This document shows, piece by piece, positions 38,811 to 51,365 of a DNA stretch of 64,000 bases (position 1 is the stretch's first letter; the number at the start of each line of letters is the position of its first letter). The notes under the pieces were generated by a model that ran no database searches, was not told the origin of the DNA, and saw only the letters and a list, made by a program, of their open reading frames with translations. Origin of the DNA: Octopus sinensis (lineage: Eukaryota); the NCBI RefSeq assembly GCF_006345805.1, contig NC_043001.1, forward strand, positions 111,228,001 through 111,292,000, read 5' to 3'. A program made the position numbers and the translations under genes.

Positions 38811-40599
38811 GTAATAATAATAATAATAATAATGATGATTATGATAATAATAATAAAATAATAATAATAATAATAATAATAACAACAACAACAACAACAA
38901 CAACATGAAGGCTTTCCTATATTGGCTACCAAGGCCACAGAATATTTAGTACGATACAAGAGCTGTGAACAATAGATACAACAAAAACAAAAAATTTATA
39001 TCAAGAAAATTCCGCAATAGTGGGAAAACACCTGCCACGGTCTACCAGTCACCCCTGTGAGCAGAAGTACCGAAGCAAGAACTTACGTCTCCTCTGTATT
39101 TTTTAACTTTAGGGCCCATCCTTATAGTAAGTTCACTGTAACGATTTTCGTTACATTGAGCGACATTTGTACAAATTTTGTTAGAGCTACACCTCGCCCT
39201 CCAGTTTCTTTTCCTTTTCGAAGTAGAACTTGAGAACATTCATGCTGAGGGATTGTAAGGTGTCATTCTTATCGTGACGTAAATTAAAGAAATTCCTTCT
39301 ACCAGAGATATGGTCAAATGAATTAAGAAAAGAATACGTGTTCATTCTAATGACTAGATTATTTTACGTTTGGTAAACTCGTTTCCCCGTTAATGCAAGG
39401 AACAAATCTTAAAAGTTTCATTCGTTTCTGTAGGAAAGACTGGCCCTTTACAATATTCTATAATACGCATTAAGCAATAAATCAACACCTTAACATTATT
39501 AAACTCTAAGTACTAAAAAAAAAATAGACATGAAAATTGGGTCCATATATCTGTAAACTCTACCTTGTGATTTAAGAAACAATATTAAAATCTTCCGGCA
39601 GATACAGCAAAAGAACATACATTCTAGACGGATAAACTAAGAGTAGCTTTCTGTATTATTCTATCTATCAACCCTTGTATCAATGAGGATCTCTTAAACC
39701 CATAGTTAAGTTTTAATGAACATTATCACGCCAAAATTCAGAAAAAAAGACCGTCATGAAATTACAAGGAACTGCCTTACACTAAGCCAAATTATTTGTT
39801 ACAACTGCAATATTGTAAGAATATTCATTCCCGGGGCTTCTGTAACATTTTATCAGTTTAAATGAAGGCGTTATCTAGTCACGAAGCTGCTATAAACTTG
39901 GAAGTACCGATATCAATCCACTAGTTTTTATGGAGATATCAAGTTATTTACCCATCCAAAAACAGATTAGAACTTATTTGCTGACCTGCTAGTGTTACAG
40001 CTCTGAGACTAATATAGCTAATTGCCTTATATAATTGTACTGCTTCAAAGTTAAAAATGTTGTTAAAATATGACTGAAATTAGGAACTTGAAAAGTTAAA
40101 GAACGCTAGTACAAAGTAACTAATGCCAATTGAATACATTCGGGAATTTAAATGTCAAACACTTGATTCTCTGGCAGTGAAACGGTAAACCTGGAATGTT
40201 CAAGAGTTGTTATGTGGAGAGCTACATCATCATAAGTAGTCATACCCTAATTGCATTTCCTTAAACAGAATAAAAGAAGCGGCTTTAGTTAGCGTAAGAT
40301 GGCTGGAAGACAGCCCACAAGGATTGGGGTTTTTAAAAGTAAAGAAAAACAAGAGGCTTTACTACGGAAATCGTTAAAGACGACAAAAGTAATTTCGCTC
40401 CAAATATACAAATAAGCTGAAAAACATTTGATAGAAACGGTCAATCAACACACACATTCTTCGATCCACAAAATCAATAGCGTAAGCATACATACACCAA
40501 TGCTGGCAAGGGTGGCACGAAACAAGTTAAACAATTAAAGATATAATGAAAATAGAGACAGCATGTTGTTACCATCTAATTGTTCTTTTCTCCTCATTT

Positions 40600-40725
40600 T
40601 TCTCTACCACCGTACATCCTCTCTGTAAAAGATTGTAGGCTCGAAACGTTTAAGACTTCTTTCAATTTTCCCGATCAACTTAATACAATGTTTGCTTGTC
40701 TTTCACCTCAGGTTCATGATGCATT
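40600..40725 (+). mobile_element. Degraded HH-A terminal repeat
   Basis: ctgtaaaagattgtaggctcgaaacgtttaagac..taatacaatgtttg..cacct; stem II is disrupted. Confidence 0.5.
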
Positions 40726-40813
40726 TTTTCTTGTTTTATTTTATACCATAACGAAAATAGAAGGCAGGATGCGTACTAAAAACCATCCGCGAATATTTGC
40801 CTTAATCCAAAGA

Positions 40814-40876
<63 letters not shown>

Positions 40877-41508
40877 ATATGTATGTATGTATATATCTGT
40901 GCCTTTAGTAGAAATGATCATTTCATTATTGTATATAAGGACGAGTCTAAATTCAGAGATGAAAATGCTATAGTAATTGTGAATGAATATTCTCCTATTT
41001 TTTTTTCAAATATGCAAGACCATACATAGAGCAAGATACGAACGAACGAAGCAGAAAGCGTAAAATAATACATGTCCGGAATTTCGATACAGAATTCGAC
41101 CAGATAAAAGAGCAAAAATATAGATGAACAAATAAGAGCAGAGTATTTCTTTAGGCTCTCTTCTGGCCTTTCTTTTGCTATAGCATAAATGGACGTATAC
41201 GAGGAATAATTTAACAAGCTATATTAATTTTTTAGAAATATATTTTCTATCTAAAACTTGGGATTAACATAACATGCATATAAACAGCTGAATGTGTCTA
41301 TAACTGACGCGTGTTTCCAAAATTAGCATCTTTACTGTAATATTCTAACAAGTCAATAACTGGTTTACCGCATACGTAAGAGGAAAATGTATATTTGCAA
41401 TGGAGATCGATGCATTTGTTGAAGAAATCTATGTAAAAATATAATGAAAGCAATCAACATACTTAAAACAAACAGACTGAACATTATAAAAGATATAAAC
41501 TCGAATAT

Positions 41509-41572
<64 letters not shown>

Positions 41573-41709
41573 GTACGTGTGTGTGTGTGAGTGACAAGTT
41601 GTGTGTGTGTGAATGTGGGTTTACATACGCAAATATACATACATGTTAATTTTGTGTAAGAAACTAACGGTCGCAGTAATGCTTACTCCAATACGGGTAG
41701 TAAAAGTAG

Positions 41710-41727
41710 AAATAGATAGATAGATAA

Positions 41728-41811
<84 letters not shown>

Positions 41812-42101
41812 GTAGGTAGAAAAATAGATACATACATACATAGATATATGCACACATACAGACAGACAGTTTGATGGCTACATAGACAGAGAAGTAGATA
41901 GAAAGAAAGATAGATAGTTAGATAGAGAGAGAGAGAGATTGATAGATAGATCGATAGATAGATAGGTAAATAGGTAGGTAGGGAGGGAGATAGATAGATT
42001 GATAGAGCGAGAGAGAGATGGATAGATGGATAGATACATACATACATACATACATATATACATAAATACATACATAGACAGACAGACAGATAGATATATA
42101 G

Positions 42102-42150
<49 letters not shown>

Positions 42151-42281
42151 GATAGATAAATAGATAGACAGATAGATAGATAGATAGATAGATATCCATA
42201 CAGATACATACATACATACATACATAGACAAGCAGGCAGACAAATAGACAGACAGAAAGACAGACAGACGGACAGACACAC

Positions 42282-42339
<58 letters not shown>

Positions 42340-42340
42340 G
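41710..42340 (+). repeat. Compound (GATA)n/(CATA)n/(GACA)n microsatellite
   Basis: Direct inspection. Confidence 0.97.
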
Positions 42341-43331
42341 CACATACATACATGCATACACACACATACATACATACAAGCAAACATACACACACACATG
42401 CATACACGCAAACATACACACATACATGCATATATACATACATATCCAAATCACATCCTATAAATAATCAGACCTAACAATACAAAAGCTGTTGACATAT
42501 CAAAGTAATAGCGATCAGCCAGATCTGAAGGAGAATTACACGAGGGGAAAAATATGAATAAGCCAAAAATATGCTTTTCAGTAGAATATCCCCGAGATGG
42601 AAATGCTTTAGAAGCTAATGATATAAGAGTCAGTGAATTAAAACTCAGGATATTCTCATCAAAACGGTAAGCATCATTGAAAGTCAATGATTCGCAAGGA
42701 GAATATTCAAATAAGTTCCGTATCGGAACAGTCATGAGAAGCAATTAAGCCCCCCCGGGTAGTAGCTCCGTGGTTATTAAACCTGAATAATACAAAATGT
42801 AGAGGGAAATGCCAATACTCGCAAAAACCCGATTACCATACCTAAAGGGTTTGCACTAAGTGCTTGATTTATATTCAATGACCAACTGTATAAGACAGAA
42901 CTACAGCTGAACTATCATCCAGGGGAAAACCAAATAAAATTATCAAAGAATAATGAAAGAGAAATATTCTTTCAATCAGTAGTTCCGTACCGAAAATGAA
43001 TACAGTATGCGATGCCTTAAGTGCAGTGTTATTGCATGGAATTCATGTTCACATGGAAAAACTTTCCCAGACAAACAGAGGAAGAGAACGAACAAAGTTT
43101 ATGCATAAACAAGTCAATTACTCATAACAAACGCATAAAATATAAAGACCGATTTATATAAGCCTACAAAAATTGTACCAATCCAACCCATGTTTCATAG
43201 AAACATTAAGCATTAGTACTTTACAAATAATAACAATACATATTCAGTCTTTAAAACCACAAATAATCCCGCGTAAACAGATGAGTATATAGTGGATACA
43301 GTCCTGTTAAAAGGGAATATTCTAACTAGAT

Positions 43332-43938
43332 TTAATAACCCCCGCCATCGTGAAGGCGGAGGTATTGTTTACGGTCGTGTTTGTTTGGTTGTTCGTCCAT
43401 TGACAAGATATCTCAAGAACCGCTGGATGGATTCTGATGAAAGTTTCAGAGATGATTGGCCTCGGTACTGGCACGAAATGATTAGATTTTGTGATCGATC
43501 CGGTACAGGACAAGGATTCTGGATTATTTGTAATATTTACTTTACACGATTACGATCTTACGTCAACTTTCAAGTCTTTCTCAATTATCTCCCTTTAGGC
43601 TGTAACTATTTTGAACGGTGAGTTTGTTAACTTTGGTTTGTATTATATAAGGATAAACTATTTATTACTGCTACTAAATTTTCTACAGCCACCTTCATAT
43701 TCAATGACTATCATTGGGATCGATCAGGTACACGTCAAGGATACTGGATTAGTGTTCCGGTTTATTTTTATTAAATTTTGAGAGAAGTCGGGTTCATTTT
43801 TTAGTAATCTCGTTTGTGAGAGCGGTCGAGCTTATTTCAGATATTCTCATTTTAAAAATCCTTCCTGGCTACTCAATATTTGAGAGGACGTTGGTGTTGC
43901 CTTGCCGGAGGTATGGGCTCTCTGAATGCTCTACGTTA
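43332..43938 (+). mobile_element. Helentron-associated non-autonomous element (HINE/DINE-1-like)
   Basis: 5' subTIR taacccccgcca with adjacent inverted ggcggaggta; core gatatctcaagaaccgctggatggatt..gaaagtttcag; 3' subTIR ttgccggaggta followed by hairpin gggctc-tct-gaatgc. Confidence 0.75.
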
Positions 43939-43972
43939 TGGTTTACTTTAAAACATTTAAACCGTAACAGGT

Positions 43973-44160
43973 ATAGGCGTAGGAATGGCTGTGTGGTAAG
44001 TAGCTTGCTTACCAACCTCATGCTACCGGGTTCATTCCCACTGCGTGACACCTTGGGTAAGTGTCTTCTACTATAACCTCGAGCCGACCAAAGCCTAGTG
44101 AGTGGATTTGGTAGACGAAAACTGAAAGAAGTTCGTCGTATGTATATATATATATATATA

Positions 44161-44204
<44 letters not shown>

Positions 44205-44457
44205 TGTTTGTGTGTGTGTTTGTGTGTATGTGTGTGTTTGTGTGTGTTTGTGTATGTGTGTGTGTTTGTCCCATTCCCAACATCGCTTGACAACCGATGC
44301 TGGTGTGTTTACGTCCTCGTAACTTAGCGGTTCGGCAAAAGACACCGATAGAATAAGTACTAGGCTTTCAAAGAATAAGTCCTGGGGGTGATTTGCTCGA
44401 CTAAAGACAGTGCTCCAGCATGGCCACAGTCAAATGACTGAAACAAGTAAAAGAGTA
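43973..44457 (+). mobile_element. SINE family A, full length
   Basis: A/B boxes, internal (TG)n, tail aagtaaaagagta. Confidence 0.93.
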
Positions 44458-45129
44458 ATCTAAACAGGAAAAAGAGAAGAATGCACGCTTCCTTTAACTA
44501 TACACCTCCAAGAACGCAAAATATAATTATATCTCTCAGAAACATAAAGAAGTAGGAATGATTAGCTGTTAGAATCATAATTACAGGAAAGTAACCACTA
44601 CACGAGTACTAAAACATTTAATGAACGATAAATGGAAAATAAAACAAAACAGAAGTGAATTCTCTCTTTAGTGTAAGACTTTTAAAAACAGCGGTGAACG
44701 TGAGATATAGAAATGACGTTCTCAATATTTTGCAATAGCACATATGATAAAAATAATGACTCTCAGCCAAGGTTCAAAAGGAAGCACAAATTTTAATGTT
44801 GATACCAATTCACATTTTTTATTTATTTCTTATCATCAGCTACCAAATGCGTAATAGCTAAACGGAATAGAAAATGAAGCGGTAGATTATGTACAGAATA
44901 CATATGTATATATGTATGTAATTGGGCTTGTTTGTGTAAAATCTCCACCATCAGAACAAATTATTTTAGACATAATCCCACTTATCACCATCTCGAAAAC
45001 ATAGTTCGAACAGTGAGCTTAAAGCAAATATCCAATTATGATTATATTTTATATATTATTTCTTTGACAGCGGCTACGCCGGGACAGAGCCTTGGAGAAT
45101 TTTAGTCGAATCTCTAAATTTTAGGTGTC

Positions 45130-45325
45130 TAAACACACACAACGACCACCAGCAATGGTGGGTGACAAACATAATAAAAAAAACTCACACACAAACAATA
45201 ACGTTTATATATTTGACGGGCTTCTTTCAGTTTCCGTCAACCAAATGCACTCACAATTCTTCGGTTGGCTCGAGGATATTATAGAAGGCGATTGGCTAAG
45301 TGCCTGGCAGTGGGACTGAACCGAC
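45130..45325 (-). mobile_element. Degraded SINE family A fragment
   Basis: gacgggcttctttcagtttccgtcaaccaaat..gcagtgggactgaacc. Confidence 0.7.
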
Positions 45326-45704
45326 GAATGCTAAATCGAAAATCATTTTAACAATATCTCAATTCCAATAAATAACAATTTAACTCTAATCAGATTCTTT
45401 GTCTAAAATAAAAAAAAGCAAATTGAAATAGAGATAGCAATGCTTTGAGAAACAACACTCATCAGACTGACGAATAAATTATGAAATCATACAGGCGCAT
45501 GCGTAGAAATGGGACAACAAGGAGATAGTTTACTTCTTATGTTGTGAATCAGGGAAAGTGTTTTAGCGTAAAACATGAGATTTCTTGAAACCTGTTTAAT
45601 GTAGATGTAAATTTTAAAACATTTGCTCCTAATAACCATGCGCTGAATTGTTTTCCAAACTATATAACTGTATTGGAACTAACTATTAAAATACTTCGTC
45701 TCAC

Positions 45705-46287
45705 AAGCAGAAATCTGTGGTCTCCCCATACAAGACAAAACATCTCCAGAATTGAGTCACCCCAGAGGGCACTCATTAAACGAATTGAAGGTATGGCTGC
45801 CCTCGATTATTGTGATCGCCTTAAAGCCTTGAAACTTTACTCCTTCCAGCGTCGCCGTGAGCGGTACATCATTTGTACGATGTGGAGAATATACCACCAA
45901 CTTTGCCCAAACGACCTTAACATTAGCTTCAAGGTTCACCCAAGACTGGGACCACGGGCCTTACGTCCCCTGCCCAATTCAAGATCACAACATACATGTA
46001 CACTGCAACATAATTTATTTTCCTCAACAGGCCCTGCCCTATCTAACATTGTCCCGAGGGAGATCAAAGAGGAAAAGGATCCCATCAACTTTAAACGGAG
46101 TCTGGATAGATTCCTTCAAAGAATACCAGATAAGCCACCCATAATTGGATACAACTCACCCAACAAGAACTCACTACTTGAACAAAACTTGACTTAAACA
46201 GGATTCGAATAATCTTATCAGGTGGTGCTATTAAGTTAGACATGGCCTGGACCAATCTTTGGTCGAAACATATCTAAGTTACCTAAG

Positions 46288-46290
<3 letters not shown>
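45705..46290 (+). mobile_element. CR1/L2-group LINE 3' fragment
   Basis: WSPHTRQNISRIESPQR..YCDRLKALKLYSFQRRRERYII..GPALSN..FKRSLDRFLQRIPDKP; tail ctaagtta x2. Confidence 0.85.
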
Positions 46291-46341
<51 letters not shown>

Positions 46342-47720
46342 ATATGGCGTGGCTGAATAATTTCGAGAATAGCAATTTTTAACGCTTCTTTCTCTACAAC
46401 ATAATATATTTGTTGTGCAATATTTTATCTCGTTGTTCGGCAATAAGGCGATGTGTATATATCAATGAGGACGAATTGGCTGAACGTATGGTAATTATTT
46501 TAATGAACTCATCTCTTATTCCTTTAATCCAACAGTATTTCAAATTTGGTGTTGATACTCTCCCCATTAATTATAACACTTATGCAAAATTCAGTGTGTA
46601 TAATATATCAAGAAGCAATATTATAATTTCGGAATGTAAAATAGTTGTAGGATATCATTTCACATACTGCTACATCAGTTCTTAATTTTCCTTTATAAGT
46701 CACCAAAGACCCGCAATAAAACCCCCAAATATATCATCACTACTCACCTGCATATCACATTTTTTCTTGGTAATCTATAAACCTCCGATACATATCCAAC
46801 AAACAGGATCATTAAACAATACAAATTGACAATTTAGTGTATGAATGCTTAACTTATAACAGACCAATTTGATAGGCTAAATTCCACGAAAATGATCTAA
46901 TCCAACATTTCGGATATCTTCTTATCTAATGATATCATACCATATCATCTTTAAGAGAACATCTAAATACCTTGTAATTATTATGCTTTTCATTGAAATC
47001 AGGAATGCAAGCTCCTATTTCACCGGAATATGTCATGGGATACAATTTTCAATAATGATAGTGCATATATACTTCGCTCTATCTAAATCTTTTTTCACCT
47101 TGAGTTGGGCAATGAATAGTAGTTCGCACATTACACAGTAAGACGGTGGAACACGCTTAAAACTCATTTCCTCCTCATGAATGACATATGAATTAATGCT
47201 GCTAATCATAACCACCTTTAAGACATCCACAATATTGGCAAGCAGTTTGTCAGAGATATTAAAATGTCCGTATGACTGGAAAAATACAAAAACGTGATTT
47301 TAATATTTATAGAATGATTTATAGAGAGTTGACAACGAGGCAAAATGGTAAGTCGAGCAGATTATTTGAACATCATGGAGAGAAGGTAATACAGTAGCTG
47401 GACAATCTTGCCTTCTGTATAATATTTGGTCATGTATGAAATTAACACTGTGCGTAGGAAATATGTGCCAATATTACAAAGAAGAGGAAATTTGTTTGAA
47501 ATTTATCTAAGCAGCAAAAATAATTACCTGTGGCATTAATATATTTGCAATGTCAGTCATAATATTGGTTTTATAGTGCTGGAGTGAAATCTAACTCACC
47601 TATTATCTCTAAAGCATAAACATCGGTATTTTCTGAATCGGCATCACATGACGAATGTGAAATCTAGTAGCTACATACCGAAAGAGTGTGTTTAGAAAGT
47701 TTGAATTACGGACAGAATAT

Positions 47721-47954
47721 TTATTTCTTTACCACCCACAAGGGGTTAAACACAGAGGGGACAAACAAGGACAGACAAACGGATTAAGTCGATTACATCG
47801 ACTGCAGTGCGCAACTGGTACTTAATTTATCGACACCGAAAGGATGAAAGACAAAGTCGACTTCGGCGGAATTTGAGCTCAGAACCTAACGGCAGACGAA
47901 ATATGGCTACGCATTTCGCCCAGCGTGTTAACGATTCTGCCTGCTCGCCACCTT
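47721..47954 (-). mobile_element. SINE family B, full length
   Basis: Matches the other family B copies; the central ctttcatcctttcggggtcgataaattaagtacc resembles a conserved Meta-type SINE domain (recalled, unverified). Confidence 0.9.
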
Positions 47955-48576
47955 TTACGGACAGAATGTTAATAAAGGATATTGATAAAGCATATGTGTA
48001 TATTATTCGCTGAATTTCTATCCCACACTAATGACTTGTAAGTTCCTGTATTTTGATCACACGTTTAGTAATATATTAAATACTGCCGGATTATACACGA
48101 TTCTCCAAACTGTATAAGATATCGAACAGCAAAAAACAAAATGGTATCTTTATCTAAATCAACTGGAATAGTTTACATACGCGTGTCATATGCGTTAACT
48201 CTCGGGAAACAACAAAATAAAGACAACTAAGAAAAGAATGGGCATAAGTGTGTTCGCTTAGCCAACTAGAAAAAATATCTCCGCGCTCTCTTCAAATCAT
48301 ATTCGAAATTCAAATACAGAAATACCAGTTTATATTTTATAGTCTATTGACTATTTTTTCTTTCTCACTTGACTGCTGGTAGCGGAGAATTTTTCTGGAA
48401 TTTTTTGCTACCCTAAAATTTATTAATTAATGATTTTTTGGCTAATTTTGAAATTAAATCGGGAGTTTATATTTACTGCTGAGAAAACCACGCGAGTGTG
48501 GTGGATTTTGAAAATTTATAGCATATGGACTCGAGGAATGTTTCTTATCGCCTCGTGAACATATGGTAGTCCTTGG

Positions 48577-48662
48577 CTTTTCTGATGAAGCGGCAACGCC
48601 AGTGGTAAATATATTTATTTTATTTACAAAAGATTGCCGAAACTATGCATAGTCCAGAAAGG
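48577..48662 (+). ncRNA. Type I hammerhead-like motif, family HH-C
   Basis: CTTTTCTG-ATGAAGC-GGCAA..TTGCC-GAA-ACTATGCATAGT-C-CAGAAAGG: stems I and II pair, 12-nt palindromic stem III, GUC triplet; core deviates from CUGANGA. Confidence 0.6.
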
Positions 48663-49555
48663 AGAGGGTAAACGTTTTTATTTCTCTTTCCATTTCAGAA
48701 TTTCAACTATTAGTGGTTTGGAGTTTAGCTGCTCTTTCTAGTGAGTCGGATGTCCTATTATGGCCATTCCTTATATGTTTGAAATACCAGTATAGATAAG
48801 AAGTCAGGTATGCACTTCACAATACGTGACGGTCACGGCCGTATTGTCTACAATTGCAGGCCTGATTATCCGAGCTTGCTTTAAGCAATGCAACACCAAG
48901 AAGATAAACAGTAAAAACCGATCCGTAATCAACATACCCTGAGTCTGTAGGAAATTATAGAATTATAACGACCACGCATCTTGCGTAGATAAGTATATTT
49001 CATCTGAGTATGGTGAGAGGAACAACATTATTTGCAATATACCTAAAGGCGTCGCTATTAGACATTTAAAATATCTATAAATCCTCAAAATATTGATTAC
49101 AAATATAGCCTGTCTAAGTGGTTGAATAATTCACCACATATTGTCAACATGCCAAACACTAGCTGCCAACAAAATTACTTGCAGAAAATATAACTTTATA
49201 GTTTTATAAACATCTTGCGACCTAATTCAAGATTTTATGGGAGTAATTGGAAATTAAATTCGTTATATTGTCAAATTTCAAAATTCAAATAACACAAATC
49301 CCACGATCAAAGGAAACGTAATAGACGTGTCAGTAAATACAAATTCTGATTTCAGTGCAAGGTGAGCGGTTTTGATGAGAGAGATTTGATTAATGTCATC
49401 AAGCGAGGACATGAGTGGCATTTCAAAGGAAAAAGGCGAGCTCGGCTCGATTTGATCTCAGAAGGCAAAGAGCTTGAAGAACTATCGTGGAGCTTTTTTT
49501 ACAGCGCCATATGGTGTCTTCCAGTTTCTGTCATCATCACAAGTATAATGGCAAG

Positions 49556-49760
49556 GAGGAGGAGGAAGAAGAAGAAGGAGAAGAAGAAGAGAAGAAGAAG
49601 AAGAAGAAGAAGAAGAAGAAGAAGAAGAAGGAGAAGAAGAAGAAGAAAAAGAAGAAGACGAAGAAGAAGAAGAAGAAGAAGAAGAGAAGAAGAGAAGAAG
49701 AAGAAGAAGAAGAAGAAGAAGAAGAAGAAGAAGAAGAAGAAGAAGAAGAAGAAAAAGAAG
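49556..49760 (+). repeat. (AAG)n/(GAG)n microsatellite
   Basis: Direct inspection. Confidence 0.97.
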
Positions 49761-49777
49761 ACTGATAATAATAATAA

Positions 49778-49982
49778 CCCTTTCTATTATAAACCCGAGG
49801 CCTGAACTTTGGGAGAGGGGACCAGTCGATCAGATCAGCCCCTGTACTTGACGGGTACTTAATTTATCGACCCCAAAATGAAAAAATGCAAAGTTAACTT
49901 CGGCGGAATTTTAAACTCAGAACGTAACCACTGAAGGAATAATGCAAAGTATTTCGTCCAGCGTGCTGACGATTTAGGCAGT

Positions 49983-49983
<1 letters not shown>
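49778..49983 (-). mobile_element. SINE family B variant, degraded
   Basis: ggtacttaatttatcgacccc..cggcggaattttaaactcagaacgtaa. Confidence 0.8.
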
Positions 49984-50054
<71 letters not shown>

Positions 50055-50110
50055 GTAATAATAATAATAATAGCGATGATGATGATGACGATGATGATGA
50101 CCATGATGAT

Positions 50111-51285
50111 GCCGATGATTGATACATCAATTAGTAAGCCATTTTTTTTCTTCATGACCTCCGACAACTATATCTGGTCTGTTGGCCTTAATTTCTCAAT
50201 CTACGTGTATCGGCATTTCCCAGAGTATGGTTGCTTTCTCGTTTTCTGTGACTTTTTCCGGTCATGTCTGAGAATGTATTCCTTCTTAGCCAGGACTGGG
50301 CAGCCAGAGATAATATGATTTATTTTTTCTTGTTCATCTCCACATATTCTGCAGTTACTTGTTATATTTCTTTTCATTACATGTTTTTGGTAATTTCTGG
50401 TGGGGAGGCTTTGGTCTTGTGCTGCAATTAAAAATCCCTCTGTCTCTGCTTTGAGTCCTGAGCTTCTCAACCATTGCTGGGATTTTTCTTTGTCTATTTA
50501 TTTTGCATTTAGTTTAGTCCAGTATTTACCATGAAGGGGCTTTTCTTGCCATCGTTTTATCATGGTTCGTTGCTGTTCTATTTTTAGTTTGGATTTCATT
50601 TGTTTTATAGCTTTTGTTGTTTCTTCATCTCCTTCTTCTCCTTCTTCTTCTTCATATTTATTAGGTGGTATGATTTCTTATTTGTATTTGTCAGCTTCCT
50701 TAAATACTGAGAACAGTTTTTTGTTTTTTGTCGTGTTTTGCCGCTATTTGTATCAGTTTTCCTTCCTTCTGCGTATAGTTTTAGGTCATCCATATATAAA
50801 AGGTGGCTGATCGTTTTGCCGTAACATTTATATCCGCATCCAGTTCTATTTAGCATATCAGATAGAGGTGACAGTGCCAAGCAGAAAAGGAGTGGAGAGA
50901 GCGTGTCTCCCTGGAATATTCCTCTTCTAATGGGGATGTCTTTGGTTTTCATGAGTCCCTCTTTTGTTTGGAGCTGTAGCACTATTTGCCATTTATTCAT
51001 AGAGTGCCCTATGAATTTTATAATTGTTGGTGCTACTTTGTTAATGGCCATTGTTTCGAGGATCCATGTGTGGGTGATGCTATCAAACGCCTTTTTGTAG
51101 TCGATCCAGTCCATACTGGGGCCTTTCTTCTTTCTGTGGCTGTCTTCAGTTATGGCTTTATTAATTATTAGTTGATCTTTACAGCCATATGAGCCTTTGC
51201 GGCATCCTTTCTGCTCTTCTGGAAACAGGTTGTTTTCGTCTAGGTGCTTCTTCAACCTTTGCGATATCACTGCAGTAAATGCCTT

Positions 51286-51286
<1 letters not shown>
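50111..51286 (-). mobile_element. R4/Dong-like subfamily 2, doubly deleted, both ends truncated
   Basis: QKGCRKGSYGCKDQL, KKAFDS, GIFQGDTLSPLLF, YMDDLKLY, CRIC..HIISGC. Deletions of ~557 bp (junction 50770) and ~80 bp (~50258) relative to the adjacent copy; bounded by (GAT)/(AAT)n and (TTA)n. Confidence 0.93.

Positions 51287-51362
<76 letters not shown>

Positions 51363-51365
<3 letters not shown>

Noticed and set aside
39185-39360. Minus-strand frame ending ..SMNVLKFYFEKEKKLEGEV*
   Set aside because: Under 60 codons, no recognisable family, weak acceptor.
46235-46290. ggtcgaaacat as a hammerhead half in the CR1 tail
   Set aside because: No CUGANGA and no NUH stem III; better explained as a LINE 3' stem-loop.
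46410-46685. 91-codon plus-strand ORF
   Set aside because: Non-ATG start, no motif, and within chance expectation for this much sequence.
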